This document shows positions 16,403 through 25,136 of a DNA stretch of 64,000 nt, one piece after another. The notes under the pieces were generated by a model that was not told the DNA's origin, searched no databases, and saw only the letters and a list, made by a program, of their open reading frames with translations. Each line of letters starts with the position of its first letter. Position 1 is the stretch's first letter. The position numbers were made by a program, and so were the translations under genes. The stretch is taken from positions 209,328 through 273,327 of the forward strand of contig PAAJ01000018.1 of the NCBI GenBank assembly GCA_002702575.1. The letters are read 5' to 3'. Source of the stretch: Phycisphaerae bacterium (GTDB taxonomy: Bacteria; Planctomycetota; Phycisphaerae; Phycisphaerales; SM1A02).

Positions 16403-17836
16403 ATGAATACACGTTCCTCCATCCAGGGGCTCCATCCAGCCATCGCGACACCTGAGGTCGAGGCGGCGATCGACGCTGTGATCGCTGGCATCGACCAGGC
16501 CCAGTCCAAGCTCACCGGCGTTCGATCTCCGGATCCAGACAAGCAGGCGGCGGCCGCCGCCACGATTCAGACCTATGGGGAAGCCCGGGGCAGGGGGCTC
16601 TGGTATCCATTGATGGGCTCTGGTCTGGGCAGGGGTGCCCTCGTCGAGCTGACGGATGGCTCCGTGAAGTACGACTTCATCACCGGAATCGGAGTCCATG
16701 CCTTCGGCCATGGAGATCTGGACATCATCCGCACGGCCATCATGGCTGCGACCGGCGATGTGGTGATGCAGGGGAATCTTCAATGCAATGAAGACGCTGC
16801 GGCGTTCTCCGAGGCGTTGCTCTCAGGGGCGGCTGATGGAGGTGAACGGAAACTGGCCCATTGCTTCCTCACCAACTCCGGGGCCTTGGCAAATGAAAAC
16901 GCCTTGAAGATCTGCATGCAGAAGACGGGAGGTGCGCCCCGTGTGCTCACGTTCGAGCATTGCTTCGCAGGTCGTACCACGACGATGGCTCAGGTTGGTG
17001 ACAGTGCCGGCGCTCGACAGGGGCTGGCCTTGAATCTCGAGGTCGAGCATCTCCCGTATTTCGATCCAGCCGATCCCGAGGGCTCGACTTCGCGTGCTGT
17101 TGAGCAATTGGAACAGGCGATTCGCCGCTACCCGTGTCAACATGCGTGTCTGGCGTTGGAACCACTCCAGGGTGAAGGTGGCTTCAATGTCGCCCCCCGA
17201 TCGTTCTTCCAGCCCCTGATGGAACGTGCCCGGGCAGCCGGTATTCCCATCTGGTTCGACGAGGTTCAGAGTTTCGGACGAACGGAAGCCATGTATCGAT
17301 ACCAGTGGCTCGATCTCGAACCCGACGTGGTCACGGTCGGCAAGATGTCCCAGGTCTGTGCAACGCTCTACACGCCGGACATGAATCCAAATCCTGGCCT
17401 GCTGAGTGCGACGTTCATCGGCTCGACGGCATCGCTGCGGGTCGGCCGACGGATGTTGGAACGACTCCAGGCGGAGGGTGCCTACGGTGAGGATGGTCGT
17501 CACGCTCGATTGCATCAGGCCTTCCGTCGATTCGCCCGTCAGCTGGTCGAATCGAATCCAGAACATTTTCCGTCGCCTCATGATCCCGGAAGGCCAGCGA
17601 GTCCAGACGAAGTCATCGGCGGTGCCGGCGGCATGATGCGACTGACTCCCTATGGTGGTGATGCGACGAGAATCAAGCCACTGCTCATGAGAATGCTGGA
17701 TGCCGGTGTCATCGCCTTCTCATGTGGACACGGTCCGGTTCATCTCCGATTCCTGCCGCCCATGGGAGTCCTGACCGAATCCGACATCGAATCCGTTCTT
17801 GGAATCGTGGGTGATGTCCTTGAGGAGGATGCCTGA
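16403..17836 (+). CDS. class-III PLP aminotransferase (candidate succinylornithine transaminase)
   Basis: FLTNSGALANENALKI, WFDEVQSFGRT and VTVGKMSQV. Located directly upstream of astA/astD. Confidence 0.8.
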   Translation: MNTRSSIQGLHPAIATPEVEAAIDAVIAGIDQAQSKLTGVRSPDPDKQAAAAATIQTYGEARGRGLWYPLMGSGLGRGALVELTDGSVKYDFITGIGVHAFGHGDLDIIRTAIMAATGDVVMQGNLQCNEDAAAFSEALLSGAADGGERKLAHCFLTNSGALANENALKICMQKTGGAPRVLTFEHCFAGRTTTMAQVGDSAGARQGLALNLEVEHLPYFDPADPEGSTSRAVEQLEQAIRRYPCQHACLALEPLQGEGGFNVAPRSFFQPLMERARAAGIPIWFDEVQSFGRTEAMYRYQWLDLEPDVVTVGKMSQVCATLYTPDMNPNPGLLSATFIGSTASLRVGRRMLERLQAEGAYGEDGRHARLHQAFRRFARQLVESNPEHFPSPHDPGRPASPDEVIGGAGGMMRLTPYGGDATRIKPLLMRMLDAGVIAFSCGHGPVHLRFLPPMGVLTESDIESVLGIVGDVLEEDA

Positions 17837-18900
17837 TGTTCCTGGTACGCAGTGCGATGACGGATGATCATGATGCGCTGCTTCGTCTTGCGAAGACGGT
17901 GCACTCCAACAATCTCCCGAGCGAAACCTTGCCGCTTCGTGATTTGCTTGTGAAATCAAGACGGAGTTTTCTCGGCAAGATTCCTCCTCGGGATCGTCAG
18001 TACGTGTTTTCCGTCGTCGAACCCGAATCGGGCAAGGTCGTGGGGACCTCCAGCCTCATTGCTGGCAAGGGAACCGAGGCGTTGCCTCGTCTTGTTCTGA
18101 AGGTCCGAAAGCGGGAACACTACAGTCGTGATCTCCAGACCGGTCATGTCCAGATCACGCTGCAACTCTGCCAAGACACCTCCGCATCGACCGAGGTTGG
18201 GGGACTTGTTCTCTCTTCGGCATACCGTGGCACGTCCGATCGTCTGGGCTCACTGCTCAGTAAGGTTCGTTTCAGTTTCATCGGCATGCATCCCGGGGAC
18301 TTTGCCGATCGGATCATCGGCGAGATCATGGGAACGTTGACGCCCGATGGGCGGACGATGCTCTGGGATCATCTTGGCCGACGCTTCATCAACCTGTCCT
18401 ATCAGGAGGCGGATGCCTTCAGCAGGACATCGAAAGAGTTCATTACATCGCTCTTCCCGGACATCGAGATCTACGCCTCGCTTCTTCCTGCTGAAGCCCG
18501 TCGTCTCATCGGTCATGTCAGTCCGGCTGCAATCCCGGCCCAGCGCATGCTCGAAAGACTCGGTTTCCAGCACAACGATGAAGTCGATCCCTTTGATGGG
18601 GGGCCCTATCTCGAGGCTGTTCGAGACGAGATTCCACTGGTGCGAACAACGACATCGGCTTCATTCGCTGGCACGATCGAGGAGTCTTCCTCCTTGCCTG
18701 CAGCGATCGTATGTGTTCACGAAGGTGCGGATTTCCGTGCGGTTCGATGCGCTTACCAGGCCGAAGGTGATCAGATTCATCTTCCGGAAGCTGCCGTCAA
18801 GGCGCTTCGTCTCAAGCCCGGTCACTCACTCCACTACACCCCACAGCCCAAGTTTGAAGCCGTCGCCGATCCGTCCTCACAGGAATCGGTAGCTTCATGA
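17836..18900 (+). CDS. astA: arginine N-succinyltransferase
   Basis: End-to-end resemblance to AstA (YVFSVVEPESGKVVGTS..., DPFDGGPYLEA). TGATG overlap with the upstream gene. Confidence 0.85.
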   Translation: MFLVRSAMTDDHDALLRLAKTVHSNNLPSETLPLRDLLVKSRRSFLGKIPPRDRQYVFSVVEPESGKVVGTSSLIAGKGTEALPRLVLKVRKREHYSRDLQTGHVQITLQLCQDTSASTEVGGLVLSSAYRGTSDRLGSLLSKVRFSFIGMHPGDFADRIIGEIMGTLTPDGRTMLWDHLGRRFINLSYQEADAFSRTSKEFITSLFPDIEIYASLLPAEARRLIGHVSPAAIPAQRMLERLGFQHNDEVDPFDGGPYLEAVRDEIPLVRTTTSASFAGTIEESSSLPAAIVCVHEGADFRAVRCAYQAEGDQIHLPEAAVKALRLKPGHSLHYTPQPKFEAVADPSSQESVAS

Positions 18901-20414
18901 GTCCATCGCAACCACTGCCAGCAAATGATGTCATCGATGGTGTTTCATGTCCGATCAGCGGGGATGATCTGATTTCGACGGATCCGGCCAGTCCCACCTC
19001 GGTGATCTGGTCGGGATCACCAAGCTCGAAGCATGTTGATGCGGCGGTTGAAGCAGCCAGAAACGCGTTCGGCGGCTGGTCGTCACTCTCCATGGAAGCT
19101 CGAGCACAACATCTCATCCGATGGGGTGAAGTCACGAAGGCCCATGCTGATGAACTCGCTGATCTGATCGCCCGGGAGGTCGGCAAGCCGGCTGCTGAGG
19201 CAAGGATCGAAGCGAACGCGCTCAGTGGGAAGGTGGCACTGACCCTTGAGGACGCGGTTGCCGGTCGTATTCGGGACTGGACGGCGGAAGCCGGTGCCGG
19301 ACGGACGGGGCGTTGCCGCTACAGACCTCATGGTGTCATGGCGGTGATCGGTCCCTTCAATTTTCCTGCTCATCTTCCAAACGGTCAGTTCGTACCAGCC
19401 ATGTTGGCGGGCAACACCGTTGTGTTCAAGCCTTCCGAGCTGGCGCCAGCCGTCGGTCAGAGACTGGGTGAACTCATGCAGGAAGCGGGGCTGCCTCCAG
19501 GCGTCTTCAATGTGATCCAGGGTCGCAGCGAAGAGTCCAGACAACTGTGTACGCACAAGGATGTCAACGGGATTCTCTTCACGGGATCCTGGCCAGTTGG
19601 CCGAAGCATCCTTGAGCAGAATCTGGATACGCCTGGCCGCATCGTTGCATTGGAACTCGGAGGCAACAATCCCGCCATCGTGCATGAGGATGCCGATCTT
19701 CGACTTGCCGTCATTGAATGCGCTCGAGCAGCCTTCGCCACCACGGGCCAACGGTGTACGTGTACCCGGCGAATTCTGGTTCACGAACGGGTTGCCGATG
19801 AGTTCCTCAGCGCCCTGTGCACGACGGCAACCACGCTTCTGGTCGGGGCTCATGATGATCCAGTCGCACCGTTCATGGGTCCGCTCATCACCGAGGCAGC
19901 AAGAACCCGTGTGCTTGATTCACAGAGAGCGATCGTGTCTCAGGGGGGTCGATCTCTGGTGCCCGCTGTCGAACTCCCGCGAGATGGCTGGTTCCTGTCT
20001 GCAGGCATCATCGAGGTCGACGGTTTTCAGCTTGATCAGGACGAGGAAATCTTCGGACCACTTGTCCAGGTGTCGACCGTGTCCTCGATCGACGAGGCGA
20101 TCCAACAAGCCGGTCAGACCCGATACGGTCTGGCCGCATCGGTCTTCACGCAGGATGAGAAGATCTTCGATCACTGCTTCGCCGGGATCTCGACGGGATG
20201 TCTGAACTGGAACGTTGGAACAGCAGGTGCCTCCAGCCGACTGCCGTTCGGTGGAGTCGGCCGAAGTGGAAATCACCGGCCTGCGGCAGCACTCGCAATC
20301 GATTCATGCGCCTATCCGGTTGCCAGTCTGCTGCAACCAGGCCCGGAGATTCCCATCCCGGCAGGCATGACCTGGAAAGATGAATGGTTGCCGTCCGCGG
20401 CCGATCAAGATTGA
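18897..20414 (+). CDS. astD: succinylglutamate-semialdehyde dehydrogenase (aldehyde dehydrogenase family)
   Basis: VVFKPSELAP, LELGGNNPAIV and TTGQRCTCTRR motifs. ATGA overlap with astA. Confidence 0.85.
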   Translation: MSPSQPLPANDVIDGVSCPISGDDLISTDPASPTSVIWSGSPSSKHVDAAVEAARNAFGGWSSLSMEARAQHLIRWGEVTKAHADELADLIAREVGKPAAEARIEANALSGKVALTLEDAVAGRIRDWTAEAGAGRTGRCRYRPHGVMAVIGPFNFPAHLPNGQFVPAMLAGNTVVFKPSELAPAVGQRLGELMQEAGLPPGVFNVIQGRSEESRQLCTHKDVNGILFTGSWPVGRSILEQNLDTPGRIVALELGGNNPAIVHEDADLRLAVIECARAAFATTGQRCTCTRRILVHERVADEFLSALCTTATTLLVGAHDDPVAPFMGPLITEAARTRVLDSQRAIVSQGGRSLVPAVELPRDGWFLSAGIIEVDGFQLDQDEEIFGPLVQVSTVSSIDEAIQQAGQTRYGLAASVFTQDEKIFDHCFAGISTGCLNWNVGTAGASSRLPFGGVGRSGNHRPAAALAIDSCAYPVASLLQPGPEIPIPAGMTWKDEWLPSAADQD

Positions 20415-21469
20415 AAGCATCATCCGTGACGACCCGTGGATCTCGACAGGATGAAGGCAAGAACGGTCTCCCCCTGGGAGCGCGTCGCCATCAAGTGGTT
20501 CACGAAATCGAACTTGGTTTTCGTCGAGCGTGTCATGGCCAGGAGCCTGGACCGGTCGTGCTGGCCGTCAGTGGTGGCCGGGATTCGCTGGCGTTGCTCA
20601 TCGCGTCGGCTGTGCTTCGGGATCACGATGACTTCGCGATCCTGCCAAGAGTCGTTCATGTCCATCACCATCTGAGGCCTGAGGCGGATGACGAGGCGGA
20701 TCATGTTCTGAAGGTTGCAGCCATGTTGGACATTCCGGCGGAAGTCCGGAATCTCGAGCTTTCTGATGGGACGCCTGATGAAGCACGCCGCCTTCGGTAT
20801 GAAGCCCTTGTGGCCGGCGCCGTGGATTGTCGCTCAGGCCTTGTCGCAACGGGTCATCATGCAGAGGACCAGCTCGAAACGATCCTGGCCGCCCTCGGTC
20901 GGGGGGCAGGGCCCGGAGGCCTCGCCGGGATGCCGAGATCGAGGGGACTCTCTGATGGCGTATCCCTCATCCGACCGTTGCTCGGTATCTGTCGAAATGA
21001 TGCTGCGGATCTTTGCCGTGCAGCCGACATCAGATGGTGTGATGATCCGGGTAATGCGAATCCGGATACCCAGCGCGGTCGACTTCGACGTGATGTTCTT
21101 CCGGTGCTCGAGGAGATGTGGCCGGGAGTCGCTTCGCGTGTCGCGGCGACCGCCGATCTTCAGGCGATTGCAGCCACTGCGATGGATGGGCTCGTCGGAT
21201 CGGTGTTCGGCCCAATGGATCGAATGGAGTGGGTCCGACAGGATCTCCGTGATCTGCCGACTCCCGTGATCGCAAGTGGTCTGCGTCGAGCCATTCTTTC
21301 CAAGGAAGTGGTTGCCGTGGATGACCTGTCTCATGTCACGATCTTCTCCGCTTCCGAAGCGGTGGGGGATCATCGCCAGCACCAACGTTGTTTTGAAGTC
21401 GGATCGGGCAGCCGAATCATCGTGAATGCCCGCCATGTTCGAATTGAAACTCCTGAAGGAGACTCCTGA
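20384..21469 (+). CDS. tilS: tRNA(Ile)-lysidine synthetase
   Basis: PP-loop VLAVSGGRDSLALL and a downstream GHHAEDQLET. The start is uncertain: the ATG at 20384 overlaps astD by 31 nt, and an alternative GTG lies at 20495. Confidence 0.8.
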   Translation: MVAVRGRSRLKASSVTTRGSRQDEGKNGLPLGARRHQVVHEIELGFRRACHGQEPGPVVLAVSGGRDSLALLIASAVLRDHDDFAILPRVVHVHHHLRPEADDEADHVLKVAAMLDIPAEVRNLELSDGTPDEARRLRYEALVAGAVDCRSGLVATGHHAEDQLETILAALGRGAGPGGLAGMPRSRGLSDGVSLIRPLLGICRNDAADLCRAADIRWCDDPGNANPDTQRGRLRRDVLPVLEEMWPGVASRVAATADLQAIAATAMDGLVGSVFGPMDRMEWVRQDLRDLPTPVIASGLRRAILSKEVVAVDDLSHVTIFSASEAVGDHRQHQRCFEVGSGSRIIVNARHVRIETPEGDS

Positions 21470-21837
21470 TGAATGTCGTTCTTGTAGGACATTGCACACC
21501 CGACGCCTTCATGTTGAAGTCCATGGTGGACAGAGTGCTGCCAGGCAGCGAGATTCATGTGAGCAACGATGATGATTCACTCTCAGCACATGGTGCTGAT
21601 GAATCCATCTGGCTGGTGAACAGAATCCTCGATGGCGCTTTTTCAGTTGGTCAATCAGGCCTGGAACTCATTCAGTCCCGAATCGAAGCGCAGCCTGGTG
21701 CAAGGGTTGCTCTGATTTCGGATCTTGAGGAACACCAACGCACTGCGGAATCACTCGGTGCCAAGCCGGGCTTTGGCAAGAAGGGTCTCTATGACGAAGT
21801 TTCTGCGGAGCGTCTTCGAACGCTGGCGGCCGACTGA
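21469..21837 (+). CDS. hypothetical 122-aa protein
   Basis: ORF whose start overlaps the tilS stop (TGATG). No recognisable motif. Confidence 0.45.
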   Translation: MNVVLVGHCTPDAFMLKSMVDRVLPGSEIHVSNDDDSLSAHGADESIWLVNRILDGAFSVGQSGLELIQSRIEAQPGARVALISDLEEHQRTAESLGAKPGFGKKGLYDEVSAERLRTLAAD

Positions 21838-21842
21838 GACGG

Positions 21843-23246
21843 TCAGGGACCGATCCGTTCGCAGCCGTTCATGAACGGCTGCAGGGCTTCGGGGACCGCG
21901 ATGCTGCCATCTGGCTGCTGATGCATCTCCAGAATCGGAATCAGGATCCGCGGGCTGGCGACAACGGTGTTGTTCAGGGAATGACAGAAGACGGTCTTGC
22001 CGTTTTCGTCGCGGTAGCGAAGGTTCAATCGTCGACATTGGAAGTCATACAGGCGTGAGGCGGAGTGGGTTTCTCCGAATTCGCCCATGGGTATGCCGCT
22101 CGAGTCCTCTTCACCACGACCTGGAATCCAGCATTCGATGTCGATCATGTCTGCATTCTTGGTTCCGAGATCACCCGTGCAGCACTGAAGCAGTCGGTAG
22201 GGCAACGCCAGTGATTGGAGCAGTCCCTCGACAATTCCGATCATCGCCTGGTGATGCGATCTGCTGGTCTGTTCATCAGCCTTGTCGATGATGATCTGTT
22301 CAACCTTGTCGAACTGGTGAATTCGATACAGGCCGGCCGTGTCCTTGCCAGCGGCACCGGCTTCTCTGCGGAAGCAGGTCGACACCGTGGCGTACTTCAT
22401 CGGAAGCTGGTCGGCTTCGACAATCTCATCGGCATGGAGGCTCATCAATCCGACTTCACCGGTTCCGGTCAGATAGAGGTCCTGCCCCGGTCCGGGCGTA
22501 CTGTCAGCGTCGATGTGATAGGTCTGCTCGATTCCGCCAGGGAAGAAGCCTGTGCCCACCATGGCCTTTTCACGGACGAGTACGGGAACAGAGGTTGCCC
22601 GAAAACCATGTTCCTGGGTGATGTGATGCATGCCCATCGCCAGGATGGCCTGATGCAGTTGCATGCCGTGACCGGTGAGGATGTAACTTCGAGATCCGGC
22701 GACCTTGACGCCGCGTTCGAAGTCGACGAGCCCCAGGTCATGCACCAGTTCGAGATGTGTTCTGGGTCGGAAGCCCCGGTTCTCCTCGAACGACTTGTTC
22801 CAGTCCCAGTCATCAGGCGCCCACCGGCGGATTTCGACATTGTCATCAGCATTGGTGCCGCGTGGGACATCCGGATCCGGAGGCTGGGGAATCTTCAGTT
22901 GGATCTGCTGCCATTCCGGCTCGATCGAGACAAGTGAATCATCCAGTTCCTGAATCTGCTGCTTGAGTGCGGCAGGTCGCGCTTCGAGTCCAGCGATTTC
23001 GGCCTCAAGGGCCGCGACCTTGGATTCGTCTGCTGACTTCAGCTGACCCTTGAGCTTGCCGATCATGGGTCCCGTTTCCTTGCCGATCTTCTTCTGCTCG
23101 GCCCGGAGCGTCTCCTGTTGCTGAAGCAGTTCCCGACGTTGCTGGTCCAGTTCCAGGAGTCGCGGAATATCCACATCGACACCCTTGGCGGCGGCGCCCT
23201 GGATGAACAGGTCAGGATGCTCTCGGAGTTGCTTGAGGTCGATCAT
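21843..23246 (-). CDS. serS: seryl-tRNA synthetase
   Basis: Starts MIDLKQLREHPDLF, followed by a coiled-coil arm and a class II core (FRREAG..., YRIHQFDKVE). The longer ORF to 23456 overlaps nadK. Confidence 0.9.
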   Translation of the reverse strand: MIDLKQLREHPDLFIQGAAAKGVDVDIPRLLELDQQRRELLQQQETLRAEQKKIGKETGPMIGKLKGQLKSADESKVAALEAEIAGLEARPAALKQQIQELDDSLVSIEPEWQQIQLKIPQPPDPDVPRGTNADDNVEIRRWAPDDWDWNKSFEENRGFRPRTHLELVHDLGLVDFERGVKVAGSRSYILTGHGMQLHQAILAMGMHHITQEHGFRATSVPVLVREKAMVGTGFFPGGIEQTYHIDADSTPGPGQDLYLTGTGEVGLMSLHADEIVEADQLPMKYATVSTCFRREAGAAGKDTAGLYRIHQFDKVEQIIIDKADEQTSRSHHQAMIGIVEGLLQSLALPYRLLQCCTGDLGTKNADMIDIECWIPGRGEEDSSGIPMGEFGETHSASRLYDFQCRRLNLRYRDENGKTVFCHSLNNTVVASPRILIPILEMHQQPDGSIAVPEALQPFMNGCERIGP

Positions 23247-23265
23247 GCGTCCGACATGGTATCGG

Positions 23266-24153
23266 TCATGAGGACTCCACGTCACTTCCACGGGGGGGTG
23301 CTGCCCAGCCGAGCTTGTCGTGGAGGATCCGCAAGAAGGGGTGTCCCGGGCACGCGACGAATCCCATGAGGGTCGGATAGCGGGAGAAGGCGACTCGATC
23401 ATTGCGGCGAAGAGGGATGTGGCATTGGCCATCCAGGACCAGTGAAGTGCCGACATTCACCTCTTCGAGGACCACTTCGAGGGTGGATTGCCCATGGAGC
23501 GCACAGGGTCGGAATGCGAGCGATTGTGCGGCCAGTGGTGTGAAGATGATGGCATCCAGCCTGGGATCCACGATCGGGCCTCCGGAGGAGGCGTTGTGTC
23601 CGGTCGAACCGGTGGGTGTTGCGATCACCAGCCCGTCTCCCGAGAGCTTGGGCCCTTCCTGGCCATCGATCGAGGTGGACATCTGGATCATTCGGAACGG
23701 TTCACCGGCCGTGATCAGGCCATCATTCATGGCTCGGTGGGTCATGGTGTCGCCACCATCAGCGGGTTCGATTCGAACTTCCATGAGCATGCGGTGTTCG
23801 AGTGTCCTGTCGGATCCCAATACCGTCCGGGCGTGCTTCTTGAAACTTGCAGGGCTGAAGGGTGCGAGAAATCCCAGTCGACCGCAGTTGACGCCGATCA
23901 TGGGGATCGAGTGATCGACCAGTCGTCGAGCCTGGGCGATCATGGTTCCGTCACCGCCAATCACGATGGCAACATCGGGCTTGGGATCAGATGGGATGGG
24001 TTCCGAATCCTCCAGCGAACCGCTGACGCAGGGAATCTGCAGTTCTTCCAGTACGTGTTCAATCTGACGTGAAGCCTCCACGGCTTCCGGCCTGGACGGA
24101 TCAGCAAGAAGCACTGTATGGGTCACGCGCTGGATGGTTGGGCTGCTGTCCAT
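23266..24153 (-). CDS. nadK: NAD+ kinase
   Basis: VIGGDGTMIAQARR, GVNCGRLGFL and ATPTGSTGHNAS motifs. Confidence 0.85.
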   Translation of the reverse strand: MDSSPTIQRVTHTVLLADPSRPEAVEASRQIEHVLEELQIPCVSGSLEDSEPIPSDPKPDVAIVIGGDGTMIAQARRLVDHSIPMIGVNCGRLGFLAPFSPASFKKHARTVLGSDRTLEHRMLMEVRIEPADGGDTMTHRAMNDGLITAGEPFRMIQMSTSIDGQEGPKLSGDGLVIATPTGSTGHNASSGGPIVDPRLDAIIFTPLAAQSLAFRPCALHGQSTLEVVLEEVNVGTSLVLDGQCHIPLRRNDRVAFSRYPTLMGFVACPGHPFLRILHDKLGWAAPPRGSDVESS

Positions 24154-24161
24154 CTTCTGTC

Positions 24162-25109
24162 CTATCCAACAAGTCCCTTGGTGAGACGCATGAATGCTGT
24201 TTCAAGATTGATCTCGGCAGGATGGAACGACTTGACCCGGAATCCCTGTGCCACCAGACGACTGGCCAACTCGGAAACTGGGGTGGCGGAATCACTGTCG
24301 AGGAGAACTTCCAGGATGACTTCGCCTCGTTCCCGTGCGAGCTCGACACGCTTCACCCCCGGGACCTTCATGAGCATGCGACCAGCCTCCTTGACACGGT
24401 CTTCCACACTGATCTGGACCAGTTGGCCGACATTCGCCTTTTCCATGATCTCGTCGACGCTTCCGGAGAACAGGAGCTTTCCCTGTTCGATGATGCCAAC
24501 CATGTTGCAGAGCTCTGCAAGCTCATGAAGGATGTGGGAACTGATCAGAATGGTCTTGCCCATCCGCCTCAGCTCCTTCAGGAGTTCCCGGATTTCGACT
24601 CGAGCTCTCGGGTCGAGCCCGGAAGCGGGTTCGTCCAGCAGGAGAACCTTGGGATCGTGCAGCAGGACTCTGGCAATCGACAGCCGTTGACTCATGCCGC
24701 GGCTGAGACTGCTGACTTCTGCATTCGCCTTGTAGTTCAGATCAGTCAGGTCCAGAACGTCCGCAACGACCTTCCGTCGACGTTGGCCATGGATGTCGTA
24801 GCAGGCCGCGAAGAAATCAAGGTATTCCGTCACGACCATGTCGTCATAGGCGCCCATGAAATCCGGGACATAGCCGATCACCGGTCTGATGTGCGGGTTC
24901 TGATAGCCCACCACGTTGCCATCGATGCGGGCTTCGCCCCATGTCGGCTTCAGGAGGGTCGCCAGGATCTTGATCGTGGTGGTCTTGCCGGCACCGTTGG
25001 GTCCGATGAAACCGAAGCAGGCGCCTTCCTCGATCTCGAGGTTGAGATTGTCCAGCGCGATGAGCTCGCCGTACTTCTTGGTCAGGTTGACTGTTTCGAT
25101 GATGGCCAT
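24162..25109 (-). CDS. ABC transporter ATP-binding protein
   Basis: Walker A GPNGAGKTTTIKIL, signature LSRGMSQR and Walker B LLLDEP. Confidence 0.9.
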   Translation of the reverse strand: MAIIETVNLTKKYGELIALDNLNLEIEEGACFGFIGPNGAGKTTTIKILATLLKPTWGEARIDGNVVGYQNPHIRPVIGYVPDFMGAYDDMVVTEYLDFFAACYDIHGQRRRKVVADVLDLTDLNYKANAEVSSLSRGMSQRLSIARVLLHDPKVLLLDEPASGLDPRARVEIRELLKELRRMGKTILISSHILHELAELCNMVGIIEQGKLLFSGSVDEIMEKANVGQLVQISVEDRVKEAGRMLMKVPGVKRVELARERGEVILEVLLDSDSATPVSELASRLVAQGFRVKSFHPAEINLETAFMRLTKGLVG

Positions 25110-25136
25110 GTCAGGAATCCATGAAGCGTATACGGT

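Noticed and set aside
24069-25124. 351-aa plus-strand ORF opposite the ABC ATPase gene.
   Set aside because: The minus-strand frame carries the complete Walker A, signature and Walker B motifs. The plus frame has no recognisable features.
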